This document shows positions 24,785 to 37,498 of a stretch of 64,000 nucleotides of DNA, in pieces. Numbering within the stretch: position 1 is the first letter of the stretch; each line of letters starts with the position of its first letter. Both the position numbers and the translations under genes were made by a program. Source of the stretch: Octopus sinensis (taxonomy: Eukaryota); NCBI RefSeq assembly GCF_006345805.1, contig NC_043003.1, positions 98,518,001 through 98,582,000 of the forward strand. The letters are read 5' to 3'. The notes beneath the pieces are model-generated. The model was not told where the DNA came from and made no database searches. It saw nothing but the letters and a program-made list of their open reading frames with translations.

Positions 24785-25205
24785 AATTTAGGACAAGATA
24801 AGTCATTTCCAGGGAAGGAGTTAGTCGATATGACTGATACCGTCTTTGTCTCATGCTATATTTCCTCGACACCAGAGTGATGAAAGGCAAAGGCTTCTGC
24901 AACAGGATTTTGAACTGAGAACGTAAAAAGCCAGAAAATAGTAACAATGATGATGTTGATGACGACCATGATGAAAATGATGTTGATGATGATGATAATA
25001 ATAATAATTGTTTCTACTACAAATATAACGCCTGACATTTTGAGGGAGGTGGCATCTCGATTAGATAGATTCTAATGCTCGACTAATACTAATTTTATCG
25101 AGCTCGATAGAACTAAATGCACAGTCGACCTCTGTAGTATTTGGACTTGAAATGTAAAGAGTTAGACCAAGTGCTTCTGATATTTTTCCGATGCTCTAGC
25201 GATTG
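24785..25205 (-). mobile_element. Two highly diverged SINE family B copies
   Basis: gatgaaaggcaaagg..ttttgaactgagaacg (24785-24935) and ttatcgag..gtcgacctc..atttggact (25030-25205). Confidence 0.5.
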
Positions 25206-25319
25206 TGCAATAATAATAATGATGATGATGATGATAAAAATAGTAATAATAATAATAACAACAATTACTATTACTAACATTATTATTGTTAGTATTACTG
25301 TTAATTCTACTACAAAATA

Positions 25320-25367
<48 letters not shown>

Positions 25368-25940
25368 TATTATTATTATTATTATTATAATTATTATTAT
25401 TATTATTATTATTATCATTATCATTACTCCTTTTACTGAGCCATTTAGAGCAATTACATTCATCATTATTCATGCATACAAAACATGAAGCTTTAAGCGA
25501 CTAAGGGGTTACAAAACGTGTTGGCAAGGACAATCAAATAATTTTAAAACGAAGGGAGTAGGTCAGGGACGTTATACGCCAAAAACGAAGGAAAATGGAA
25601 TCTTTTATAAATAAGTAAAAATTAAACAATAAATGCAATATTTTGTATTTTATATTTGCAAGGTTTTTGATGTGAAATTGTGTAATGAAATATATTTTGA
25701 AGTATCTTGGGAATGTCATTATGCCAATTGTAAGCACATATCTTGGTTCTGTGTCTATTAAATTATCGATGTTTTGATTAATCCTCCAGTCAATCAAGGA
25801 GCTAAATGTGTCAAAGTTCATTCGTTGTTGTTTGCGGCCTAAGCAGATCTCAGAGACAGATCTGAAGAAGATGTAGAGTAGAGAAGGCACGTCATTGATG
25901 AGATCGCTCAGGGCGACAGTGGGAAGGTACTTTGACAAAT

Positions 25941-26174
25941 TTAAGGCGGCGAGTTGGCAGAAACGTTAGCACGCCGGGCGAAATGCCTAGCGGTATTTCG
26001 TTTGTCGTTACGTTGTGAGTTCAAATTCTGCCGAGGTCGACTTTGCCTTTCATCCTTTCGGGGTCGATAAATTAAGTACCAGTTACGCACTGGGGTCGAT
26101 GTAATCGACTTAATACCCATATCTGTTCTTGTTTGTCGCCTCTGTGTTTAGCTCCTTGTGGGTAATAAAGAAAT
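25941..26174 (+). mobile_element. SINE family B, full length with target-site duplication
   Basis: 16 bp direct repeat aggtactttgacaaat at 25925-25940 and 26175-26190. Confidence 0.92.
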
Positions 26175-26397
26175 AGGTACTTTGACAAATATAACTGATG
26201 GATTGATTAACTGAACGATTAATGAAACAATTGATTAATTAATAGGTTAAATGGCTAATCAAATGAATGAAAACAGAACCAATGCGCATTTTTCTACTTG
26301 GCGTAACAACTTTCCCGAGATACACCAAATATAAAGTTTTATTTAAAACGTAAATATATTTTAAAATATTTAGCGCTGCTTTGCTATATACACATTT

Positions 26398-26627
26398 CAT
26401 TTCTTTATTGCCCACAAGGGGCTAAACATAGAGGGGACAAACAAGGACAGACAAAGAGATTAAGTCGATTACATCGACCCCAGTGCGTAACTGTTACTTA
26501 ATTTATCAACCCCGAAAGGATGAAAGACAAAGTCGACCTCGGCGGAATTTGAACTCAGAACGTAGCGGCAGACGAAATACCGCTATGCATTTCGCCCGGC
26601 GCGCTAACGTGTCTGCCAGCTCGCCGC
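26398..26627 (-). mobile_element. SINE family B, full length
   Basis: Close reverse complement of 25941-26174. Confidence 0.9.
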
Positions 26628-26894
26628 GGGAATTCGCTGGTTTGGTCGAGATAGAGCATCCCGCATCACTTCTAGCTTGGCATCATTTATACCGGATCAT
26701 CTTGCACTCTGTTATGCTTATTATTATCTTCAACGTGCAATGGGACAAGAAACAAGCCGCTGCTCCCAACTAATCTGATTTTAGCTGAAGAAAATGGCGT
26801 GCCGTTATTTTAAAAACTAGTCTGTCTTTAGAGTTTCCCTATTTGGTGTTGAGGCGCTTTAGTTTTTCTTTCGAAAGGCAGTGAATTTCGTTGT

Positions 26895-27080
26895 TTTTCC
26901 CAACCATCGCTTGCCAACCGATGCTTGTGTGTTAACGTCCTCGTAATCAGTGGTTCGGCAAAAGAGACCGATAGAATAACCACTAGGTTTACAAAGAATA
27001 AGTCCTGGGATCGTCTTTTCGACTAAAGGCGGTGCTACAGCGTGGCCATAGTCAAATGACTGAAACAAATGAAAGAAAAA
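26895..27080 (+). mobile_element. SINE family A, 3' half
   Basis: Tail motifs ggttcggcaaaagagaccgatagaataa and ggcggtgctacagcgtggccatagtcaaatgactgaaacaa. Confidence 0.8.
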
Positions 27081-27099
27081 TAATAAAAGAATACATATC

Positions 27100-27545
<446 letters not shown>

Positions 27546-27868
27546 ACCTTTATAGGATATATATGTTTTAACTCAGTGTTTCAAGCCTCATTAACTAATC
27601 AATTAAGTAATCGTCAAAACATATAAGTAAATAAATAGATAAAATAAAATGAAATGACTTACTAACCATGGAACATTCGCATATTTCGAGTACTTCAGTG
27701 TTATTATTAGAGCAATTTGTCTGGTGATTGCTTAATTAAATATTTAATTAGGCTTGAAAATCAGAGTTTCAAAATGTATTAAATAACGAAAGCTCTCGCA
27801 TTGTACGCGCACGCGCTCACACACAGACATAGATACAAATATACATATACTTATGTATGTATGTATGT

Positions 27869-27906
<38 letters not shown>

Positions 27907-28496
27907 TATGAATATATAAGCATACGTGGGTTCACTTAAAATGTGAAATCACGCGGCCTAGTGTTTACAGCTTTGTGTTCGAATGCAGGACATGAAACGC
28001 ATTGTTTTATTTAGCAAGTTACATCATTTCAGATATTCGACTCCATCAACTGAAAGTGGGCGCCAGACGAGCGCTGAAAGGCTTTATCTTCCTCCAGCTC
28101 TGTCATCCAAGTTGAGAGGGTGGAGGTGCCCTCTATATCTCGTCGATACAACAACAACATGCCACGAAGTTGAAAATGTTTACCTGTGACGGCTATGTTT
28201 GCTACATACATATACATGTTCATACATAGATGTGTTGAACCGTATATGTAAACATGATGTTCTGGTGATCAGAAGCATTAACTTCCTTTATTTGCATTAA
28301 TTTGTGAATATACGTATTAATGCAAACAAGTACATACAGTTTTATGTATGTATGTATGTATGTATGTATGTATGTATGTATGTATGTATGTATGTATGTA
28401 TGTATGCATGTATGTATGCATGTATGTATGTATATGTATATATCATGATTGATCGCTAGCCTCTAAACCTTTTTTATATTTTATCTCTCAGCATAT

Positions 28497-28625
28497 TTCT
28501 GTGTTCCTCTCTGTTGAAGAGCATAGGTTCGAAACGTAAGAAACTTTCACACTTCCCGTGCGTTAAAATAATATATATGTTTGTTGTTTACACACCCGTC
28601 TTCGTCTTTTGTTTTTTTATTTTTT
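28497..28625 (+). mobile_element. Short PLE-like terminal repeat, family P2
   Basis: tct-CTGTTGA-a-GAGCatagGTTC-GAAAC-GTA-aga hammerhead-like motif at 28508-28541. Confidence 0.6.
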
Positions 28626-28699
28626 GTACGCTCGCTAAGATAAGTTCCATTGTCTAAAGTCGTAAGACACACGCTGTTTTAAATTTTATTTTTGTTTTT

Positions 28700-28950
28700 T
28701 GTATTTATATTCGTATGGCATCGTCCGCCTTTCTGTCCCTGTTTCGTATACATTCGATCCTCTTTCCAAGAAATCTAATGCTCGCAGCTTAGTTTTCCTT
28801 GGGGCTAGCCGGATCTGAGCGAATTTCAGGATTAATTAGCCAAAATTTGCTAGGACGATCCGGTTCCTGACTGAAGATTAGAGGCTTCGAATGACCCGTC
28901 CGTTTTTGTGTCGTCTCTTTGTGTTTTTACGTTCTTGTCCCATTTTTATA
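28700..28950 (+). repeat. Dispersed repeat family P4, copy 1
   Basis: Aligns with 30560-30815 (ttcgtatacattcg..ttccaagaaatctaatgctc..agcttagttttcctt..cttcgaatga.ccgtcc..ttcttgtcccattttt). Confidence 0.75.
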
Positions 28951-29890
28951 TATAATTTATATATATATATATATTTCATCTAGTTAATAACCTTGAAATA
29001 TGCATTCCCAAGCCCCTCGACGAGTAGCAGCTACCACATGCCCTCAGGCAGCAGAAATACTCTTTTCCTAGGATGTATATATATGTGGAAATCCGTAGTG
29101 TTCACAGAATTCATAAAAAAAATTAATACTAGAAGATGGAATAAACAGTCTTGAAGCTACAGCAATTGTTTCTGTGCATTAACATCAGCTGTTAGTCGCT
29201 GAGTTTTCATATACATATCATTAAATAAATGTTATAGAAACACGACCCAGCAATAGCTGAGTACTTGTACCTCATCAAGTGAGTGGCTTTGAAAGCACTG
29301 CTAGATCACTTAGATTTTCATACATTTTATACCAATATTCTATTGTTAGCATTCCCTTAACACAGAGCAACTCATAGATTCGGACACAAATACCAGAATA
29401 AATGAATAAAAACGTTTTACTGTGCGCGAGTATTTGTGTTTATATATACATGTATATGAATATACATTAAAATTTTGTGTTTTCATCCAAAATGGAGACG
29501 AACTCGATTCCTCCATGTGATCGACTTGAAAAATTGTTAGGATATTAAAATATTTCTTCATAACACAAAACCAATTGTAGTCTTAATACACAAATAAAGA
29601 AATTCTATCCACCAATGCGGTGTTGTGCACTCATTTTCATCATTCGACATTCACACACGCGCGCGCACGCACACGCAACACACACACACACACATTATCG
29701 TCTGGTTAATAACATTGTAACATTCATTCCAAAGCCCCTCTACGTTCATCGGCTACCATATGTCATAATACAATATGATCATAATACTTTATTCTGTATA
29801 TAAATGTGGAAATCCGTTAGTGTTCGTAGAATTCGTACAAAAAAAATGAATGCCAAAAATGGGATGAACAACCTTTAATACAAATAACAA

Positions 29891-29929
<39 letters not shown>

Positions 29930-29939
29930 ACAAAGTTCC

Positions 29940-30123
29940 CGTACGCCGCTATATGTATATAAAAAGGAATACAAAAAACGGGACAAGAACGCAAAACACC
30001 CAGACAGCTAGATGATACATCTGGATGTTTTGTTGTCCCTCTTTTTGTATCATCTAGCTGTCTGGATGTTTGCATTCTTGTCCCATTTTTGTACTCCTTT
30101 TTATATACATATAGCGGCGTACG
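29940..30123. repeat. Fold-back with ~80 bp arms, P4-related
   Basis: Arms 29940-30018 and 30047-30123 are near-perfect reverse complements. Confidence 0.85.
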
Positions 30124-30559
30124 TACACTCTGGTCTCTTATATGTAAGTACATATATATATATATATAAATCTTGTACGACTTTTATTCTTTCGTTTTTT
30201 CTTTCTATCAGGCCCTTCACACTTACTTCGTTATTTTCCCTCTTCATTTTCACCTTCTTTCCTTTTTTACTTCACTCTCTCCCTTTTTCTTGTCCCTCCC
30301 TAATTCTTCTGTCTCTCTACTTCTACGTTTCTTCTTTCTCCCCACGTGACCGGTGTTCGGCCAAGCCTGACCTTTCTTTCATGGTTCGACTACCATCCGT
30401 ACTACATATATAACCCTCCCCATGCCTGTCATCTCTTATATCCCTGCTGCAAGGCTTCACTTTCACACACGCCAGCTTAATTTAATTCGTCCTTAGTCGA
30501 AAGATACCTGTTGTTATGTTCTATTGTTTGTGTTTGTATTTGTGTAATATTTCTCCAAT

Positions 30560-30815
30560 TTTTCCCATCCTTGTTTTCGTATACATTCGCTGTTTTCTTC
30601 CAAGAAATCTAATGCTCTTAGCTTAGTTTTTCCTTGAGGCTGGCCAGATAGGAGCAATCTCGAGAATAACCAGCCGAAATTGCAAAGATAATCTGGAACT
30701 CGACTGAGAAAAGAAAACTTCGAATGAGCCGTCCATGTTTTTTCTTGTCCCTCTTTTGCATCCACTGTCTGGATGTTTTGCGTTCTTGTCCCATTTTTGT
30801 ATTCCTTCATATATA
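30560..30815 (+). repeat. Dispersed repeat family P4, copy 2
   Basis: Aligns with 28700-28950. Its 3' part matches the right arm of 29940-30123. Confidence 0.75.
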
Positions 30816-31602
30816 TATATTCATATAAATGTAAGAACCAAGGATCAACGTGTAGGAAGAAAGTTATCTTCAAGCAATCTGTAGTAAATATAAAAAAAAC
30901 AATTTTCAGGTACAATGGTAGTTTATTTAGGCGGAAATTTGTGGATTATTTTCGTATCGAAGAACGATATGCTGAAAAAATGTTCTTTCTATATTCCACG
31001 GTAGGTGACCAGGGTTGCCAGGTGTGCGAATAAGAATAACAGAGTTACAGAATGGCGTAGGAAAAATCTGGGCAACACATATTTCACAGCGAGCTGCACC
31101 TCAGAAGTGGTAAAATCCAAGTGAGGCGTATACAGCCGGTTACACTTCAGGCCAAGGTTATATAAGGTTTTTCTATATATGTTTTTTCTATAAATTTCAA
31201 CTATATATACGCGCGCGTGTGTGTGTATGCATGAGTGTATATACAAGTTAACTGTATTTCATCTTTTCGATCGCTGAAAGAAATCACCAATCTCGGCCAA
31301 TGATTTGGCAGGACCGTTGGTGAAAAGGAGACGATGATTTCAGTATGTGTAATCGGTCTTCGAATCCCAGCTGTAAACGCTTGTAAAGACGCTAGTGCAA
31401 ATACTCATTTTTCTTAAATAACCATCAGTATTATGTTGAGCAGATACTTGCATGAACAATTGTAAGTCTTGCTCAAAAATATTTGCTCAGGCTTGCAGAC
31501 ACATGCAGAAGAATAATACACATTAACCGAGGAGATCCAGTATTGGCTATCTGTCTTCTGTCTGTCTGTCTGTCTGTCTGTCTGTGTATATATACGCATA
31601 TA

Positions 31603-31820
31603 CTCTTTACTCTTTTACTTGTTGCAGTCATTTGACTGTGGCCATGCTGGAGCACCGCCTTTAATCGAGCAACTCGACCCAGGGACTTATTCTTTGTAAG
31701 CCCAGTACTTATTCTATCGGTCTCTTTTGCCGAACCGCTAAGTTACGGGGACGCAAACACACCAGCATCGGTTGTCAAGCAATGCTAGGGGGACAAACAC
31801 AGACACACAAACATACACAC

Positions 31821-31883
<63 letters not shown>

Positions 31884-32045
31884 ATATATATATATACATA
31901 TATACCCAGCTTCTTCAGTTTCTGTCTACCAATCCCTCACGGCCCGAGGCTATAGTAGAAGACACTTGCCCAAGGTGCCACGCAGTGGGACTGAACCCGG
32001 AACCATGTGGTAAGCAAGCTACTTACCACACAACCACTCCTGCCC
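31603..32045 (-). mobile_element. SINE family A, full length
   Basis: Head, (TA)n spacer and tail present. Confidence 0.9.
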
Positions 32046-32177
32046 CATATATACATTATCTAACTAGATAATGTGCCACCTGCCTTTTTTTATCGTCCAA
32101 CGCTGACGCTAATGTTTAACTAATGTATTTATACGTATATAACTACATAGGGACATTTTTATCTATCTATCTATCTA

Positions 32178-32254
<77 letters not shown>

Positions 32255-32308
32255 TTTTTTTTTTTCTCCTATCTAAAGATCTATCTTGTAATCTATCTGT
32301 TTAATCTA

Positions 32309-32384
<76 letters not shown>

Positions 32385-32596
32385 TTATCAATGAATCAAT
32401 GAATGAATCAATCAATCGATCATCCAACCAATTAGTCAATGAACCAATCAATTAACCTTTCTAACTCTCTCTCTATCTCTCTCTCTCTCTCTCTCACTGT
32501 ATTTATACCTATGCAGAAACACACATATAAATACATTCACCCTCATCTGTGAGTGTGTGCGTGCGTGTGTGTGTGTATGTGTGTGTGTGTGTGTGT

Positions 32597-32627
<31 letters not shown>

Positions 32628-32652
32628 GCATATACATACATATATATATATA

Positions 32653-32838
32653 TAGTTAATCCAAACAAGAAAACAAAAAAAACACAACAACGCATGGACG
32701 TGGAACAAATAAAGTATTATTGGACGCTCAGGAAAGAAGGGAAGAAGGAGGGCTTAACGTCGGAAACATAGGAGAAGGAAAGATCCAGAGAAGGGAAGAC
32801 AAAGGAAAAAAAAATCGCCACTGGTACTCACCAGGTCA
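32653..32838 (-). mobile_element. Family P1 copy with the hammerhead-like core deleted
   Basis: Aligns with 6194-6398 but reads aacgt/cggaaac, about 19 nt shorter, with the deletion between two cgt trimers. Confidence 0.65.
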
Positions 32839-33284
32839 CATACATATATAAATATTTGAAGCGTATATTTATGGTTGATTGCATGGACGAAATTAGTCAC
32901 AAATAATGGCACAATCACTACGCACAAGGTTGCGGCACACAAACACACTCGCACACACACATATACATACACACAAGCATCCACACATATACCGCAATGT
33001 ATATATACAAATATATATATATATTTATACATACTGAGATATCATTGCAAATCATTTCCGTATCAGTTCCAATAATGAAGGTCAGAAATGTTGAACGATT
33101 GATGTAACACTGTATAATCGAACTTTGAACTGTTGTTCCATTTTGTTTGGCTTCCGTTTTTGAACTTGTGTGTATGTACGAATGTATCTATATATGTGCG
33201 TGCACGTACATATTTATATATACGTATATATATGTGTGTGTGCGTGTATGTGTATATATATACGTATATATATGTATATATAAA

Positions 33285-33338
<54 letters not shown>

Positions 33339-33351
33339 TATACATATGTTT

Positions 33352-33391
<40 letters not shown>

Positions 33392-33454
33392 TACACACAT
33401 ATGTTCATATATATATATTTACACATATATACATATACATATGTTTTAATTTTT

Positions 33455-33810
33455 TTAATTGTCTCAGTCATTAGACTTGTGTCATGCTGGAGCACCGCTT
33501 TGTTTTTTTAAGGTTGTTGCTTATTCTATCGAACACATATGCCGATTCGCTAAGTTAGAGGACGTAAACACAAGACCAGCTATTTAGCTAGATCGCCGGT
33601 CTTGTGTTTACGTTCCCTAACTTAGCGAATCGGCATATGTGCTCGATAGAATAAGCAGCAGCCTTAAAACAAACAAAGACTCGAAGACACGTACAGCACA
33701 CACACATACACACGCACATATACGACAGGCTTCTTTCAGTTTCCGTCTACCAAATCAATTCACAAAGACAGTTGCCCAAAGTTCCACGCAGTGGAACTCT
33801 GTATGCATGT
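33455..33810 (-). mobile_element. Rearranged SINE family A with an internal inverted duplication
   Basis: SINE A tail and head motifs flank a hairpin with arms 33498-33577 and 33598-33679. Confidence 0.75.
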
Positions 33811-33885
33811 ATATTTATGTATGTGTGTATGTATGCATCGTAGGTAATGCTTGGATAGTATCTAGATCGGAAGGTTCGGTATCAC

Positions 33886-33917
<32 letters not shown>

Positions 33918-34320
33918 ATTATTTATTTATTTTATAGGAGCTTCTACAGGACTAGAACTGTTTCATTCAAATGAAATCTTCAGGAAGCTCCTGAAGATTT
34001 CTGCTATGTATTGAGTACCTTATTTACTGTGGTTAAACCCGACTCAACACGGGACCTACATATATATATATATATATACATACACACACATACATACATA
34101 CTTGTACATACGTATGTATATAAGCGAATTTTAGGTTTTTGAGACATATTTCAACTTCTAAAAGAAATCTACAGCAGTTGCTCCGGAGAAAAATGTTCCC
34201 TCTTCTGGTAAAAGGAGTACCATAACAATACATACATACATACATCATACATACATACATACATACATACTTACATACATAATTCCTATATATATACTAT
34301 ATAGATATATATATATATAT

Positions 34321-34372
<52 letters not shown>

Positions 34373-34375
<3 letters not shown>

Positions 34376-34616
34376 TAATACACAACTATAAGAGAGAATC
34401 CACTATGTGGACGCTCTTACGCTAGATATAGAACCGCAAAGGGAATCCACCACTAAGATATTTTTTCGTTATTTTTAATTTGTCCTGCTCGCTTACGTTC
34501 TTGGTGTGTTGAATTATTTCTTGAGAACAATTCTTAGTGGTGGATTCCCTTTGCGGATCTATATCTAGCGTAAGAGCGTCCATATAGTGGATTCTCTCTT
34601 ATAGTGTGTATTAATA
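34373..34616. repeat. Fold-back with ~85 bp near-perfect arms
   Basis: Arms 34373-34458 and 34532-34616. Confidence 0.9.
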
Positions 34617-34750
34617 ATATTTACTGAGTCTCAGTCTTTTATACGCTAGGCCACTTGGTGTTATTAATTAATATCCAATTTTTTCACCCCTATTTTGACT
34701 TATATATAATAATTTATATATATTATATATATGTATATGTATATATATAT

Positions 34751-34804
<54 letters not shown>

Positions 34805-34808
34805 GTAT

Positions 34809-34875
<67 letters not shown>

Positions 34876-35431
34876 CACACACACAAGTATATCTATGTGT
34901 GGATGGATGCGCGGGTGTGTGACAATTCTGGTGGAAACAAATTTTTCGTGTCACAATCTGGGAACACTGGTAGTTCTTTACCTCTTTTAAAATGCCCGTT
35001 GTGGAAATCGTGTTAAAGAAGATACACAGATGGATGAAGGTGAGAGTGGAAGGGAGAAGAGAAAAGACTGAGTTGGTGTGTGAGAAGGAGAGGGTGTGCA
35101 AGTATCATGCTGCGTCATCTTGATAAATTTGTAGAAATAGATATGGCGGGAAACTTAAAATTAGGTTATTCTGTCTCTCTCTCTCTCACATATACACACA
35201 CAAGCATATGTGTGGTGCATGTGAGTGTCTGTGTGTGTGTATGTGTATGTATATGAATGTACATATATATATATATATATATCTATAATATATATATATA
35301 TATAATATATATATATAATAGATAGATAGATAGATAGATAGATACACAGATAGATAGATGGATAGATATGCAGATAACGTACATAGATCTGAGGTTTTGT
35401 ATTCGTGTTTGTATGTTTGATAATAATATAT

Positions 35432-35477
<46 letters not shown>

Positions 35478-35785
35478 ATATATATATCTATATAATATAT
35501 ATTATATATTTATATTTATATTATATATATTATATATACATATATATGTGTGTGTGGTTATACGGTTTTAAATATACACATAAAAATGCCATTAACTCTG
35601 GAGAGACAATTCGTTGAAACGACAAAGTAACTAACAATTTTGTAACAATAATAAATTGGGCGTAATTTGGTTATAAATAGAAAGGAATGTTGCCTGAAAA
35701 AGGGTATTATGTGTCTAGAATGTGACCGATGTATAAATACTGAACGGAAGAAGATCTAACAGCTGATCTGATATATACACATAGA

Positions 35786-35818
<33 letters not shown>

Positions 35819-36095
35819 TGCATGTATGTATGTATGTATGTAATTTATGTATGTATGTGTGTATGTATGTATGTGTGCATGTATGTTGTTATGTATGTAT
35901 GTGTGCATGTATTTAATGCATATATAATATAATATATATATAATATGCATACATACATGCACACATACATACACACAAACATACATACATACATATGTAT
36001 GTATGTATGTATATTTGTATGTATGTATGTGAGCATGTATGTATGCATATATATATATTATATATATATATATATGTATATAAATATAAATATAA

Positions 36096-36146
<51 letters not shown>

Positions 36147-36529
36147 TGAGGCAAAGGAAATTGCTGAAACTGACGCGTCAGTATTCAAAATTCTCGATCG
36201 GCACTTTTCTGATGATTATGATCCCTGTTTGTGCTTATGTTTTCATTCATATGCATTAATTACGGCATTTTGGTGGTTTAACTGCTATTTCTAGCAATGT
36301 ACGAGTTTCCTAACACGCTAGTTACATTTAGTGACATTTCTAATTCTCCTATATAGAGAAACATTGTAAACTGCTGTTTATATTAATTTTATATATACAC
36401 ATTAGCGAATCATTAAATCATCCAATTATTTGGATGACGAAAACAGAAATACTAATGGTGAAGCGAGCCACCCCAGAAGAAATCAGAATTTTTGCAATAT
36501 CATTTTATTCTCTAAGCTTTACGTGCTTA

Positions 36530-36606
36530 CACTTTTATCACCTTTAAAGTATATTCCATTTGAAGCAATGCATCGGTCCAGATTCATTTTCCACTGTTCG
36601 AAGCAG
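36530..36606 (-). mobile_element. Mariner transposase C-terminal fragment
   Basis: Minus strand reads FEQWKMNLDRCIASNGIYFKGDK, matching the W..RW.KCI.S.G.YFEGD end of mariner transposases. Confidence 0.55.
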
Positions 36607-36990
36607 ACCTTCTATCTATAAATGTTCTAAAATCTACACAGCCGTGGTTTTTTTTATCTCATTACGAAATAAATTTTATATATACACGCTGACATATGAC
36701 CAACGTTGTACCCCTTATTCCCATATTCACACCGAATCTGGAACTTAACTGCGGTCCATCTATAGCACTTATTCAGCATTACCTGACACCTTTGGGTCTC
36801 AATGATACCATCACCTCTCATGACTCCTATATCTATATATTAGATATATATATATATAATATATATATATAATTAATGCGGTCTGTCTTGTTGTCTACAC
36901 TGCCTGTCTTCGTCTTTTGTCATTTGGTTTTGGCGAATTCTCCCTATATATATATTAATATATATATATATAATAATATATATATATATA

Positions 36991-37033
<43 letters not shown>

Positions 37034-37119
37034 TTTTTTTTTTTTTCTATTTTCGAAAAATATTTTATCAATGGCCAGCGTATTATAAGAATACCTTTAA
37101 AGGTTAAATTTTTATAAAC

Positions 37120-37403
37120 AACTTATAAATATAAGGGCAACGAAAAAAAATTCTAATGCCAAATATGCCGAAATTAGACACCCTGTCCATAACCATATAA
37201 TTTTTCACTTTATGCACGCTACACAAAAACGGTAAGAACTAACCCTGAAATCGGTCCGATATGGTAATAATGGAATTTTTAAGAAATTTCTGTCGACCTT
37301 TTTTGTGTAGCGTGCATATCGTGAAAATTATATGGTTATGAACAGGGTGTCTAATTTCGGCATATTTGGCATTAAGACTTTTTCGTTTGCCCTTATTTAT
37401 AAG

Positions 37404-37405
<2 letters not shown>
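37120..37405. repeat. Fold-back with ~110 bp arms
   Basis: Arms 37120-37233 and 37296-37405. Confidence 0.9.
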
Positions 37406-37449
<44 letters not shown>

Positions 37450-37498
37450 ATGTATATATGTATGTATATATATATATATATATATATACATATATATA

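Noticed and set aside
25955-25970. GAAACGTTA in SINE B heads as a hammerhead box
   Set aside because: It lies in the tRNA-derived A-box region with no upstream CUGANGA or helix II. It shows that the short word alone is not diagnostic.
31010-31080. CAGGGTTGCCAG ... CTGGGCAACAC as a mini hAT element
   Set aside because: The inverted match is short and imperfect, with no 8 bp TSD visible.
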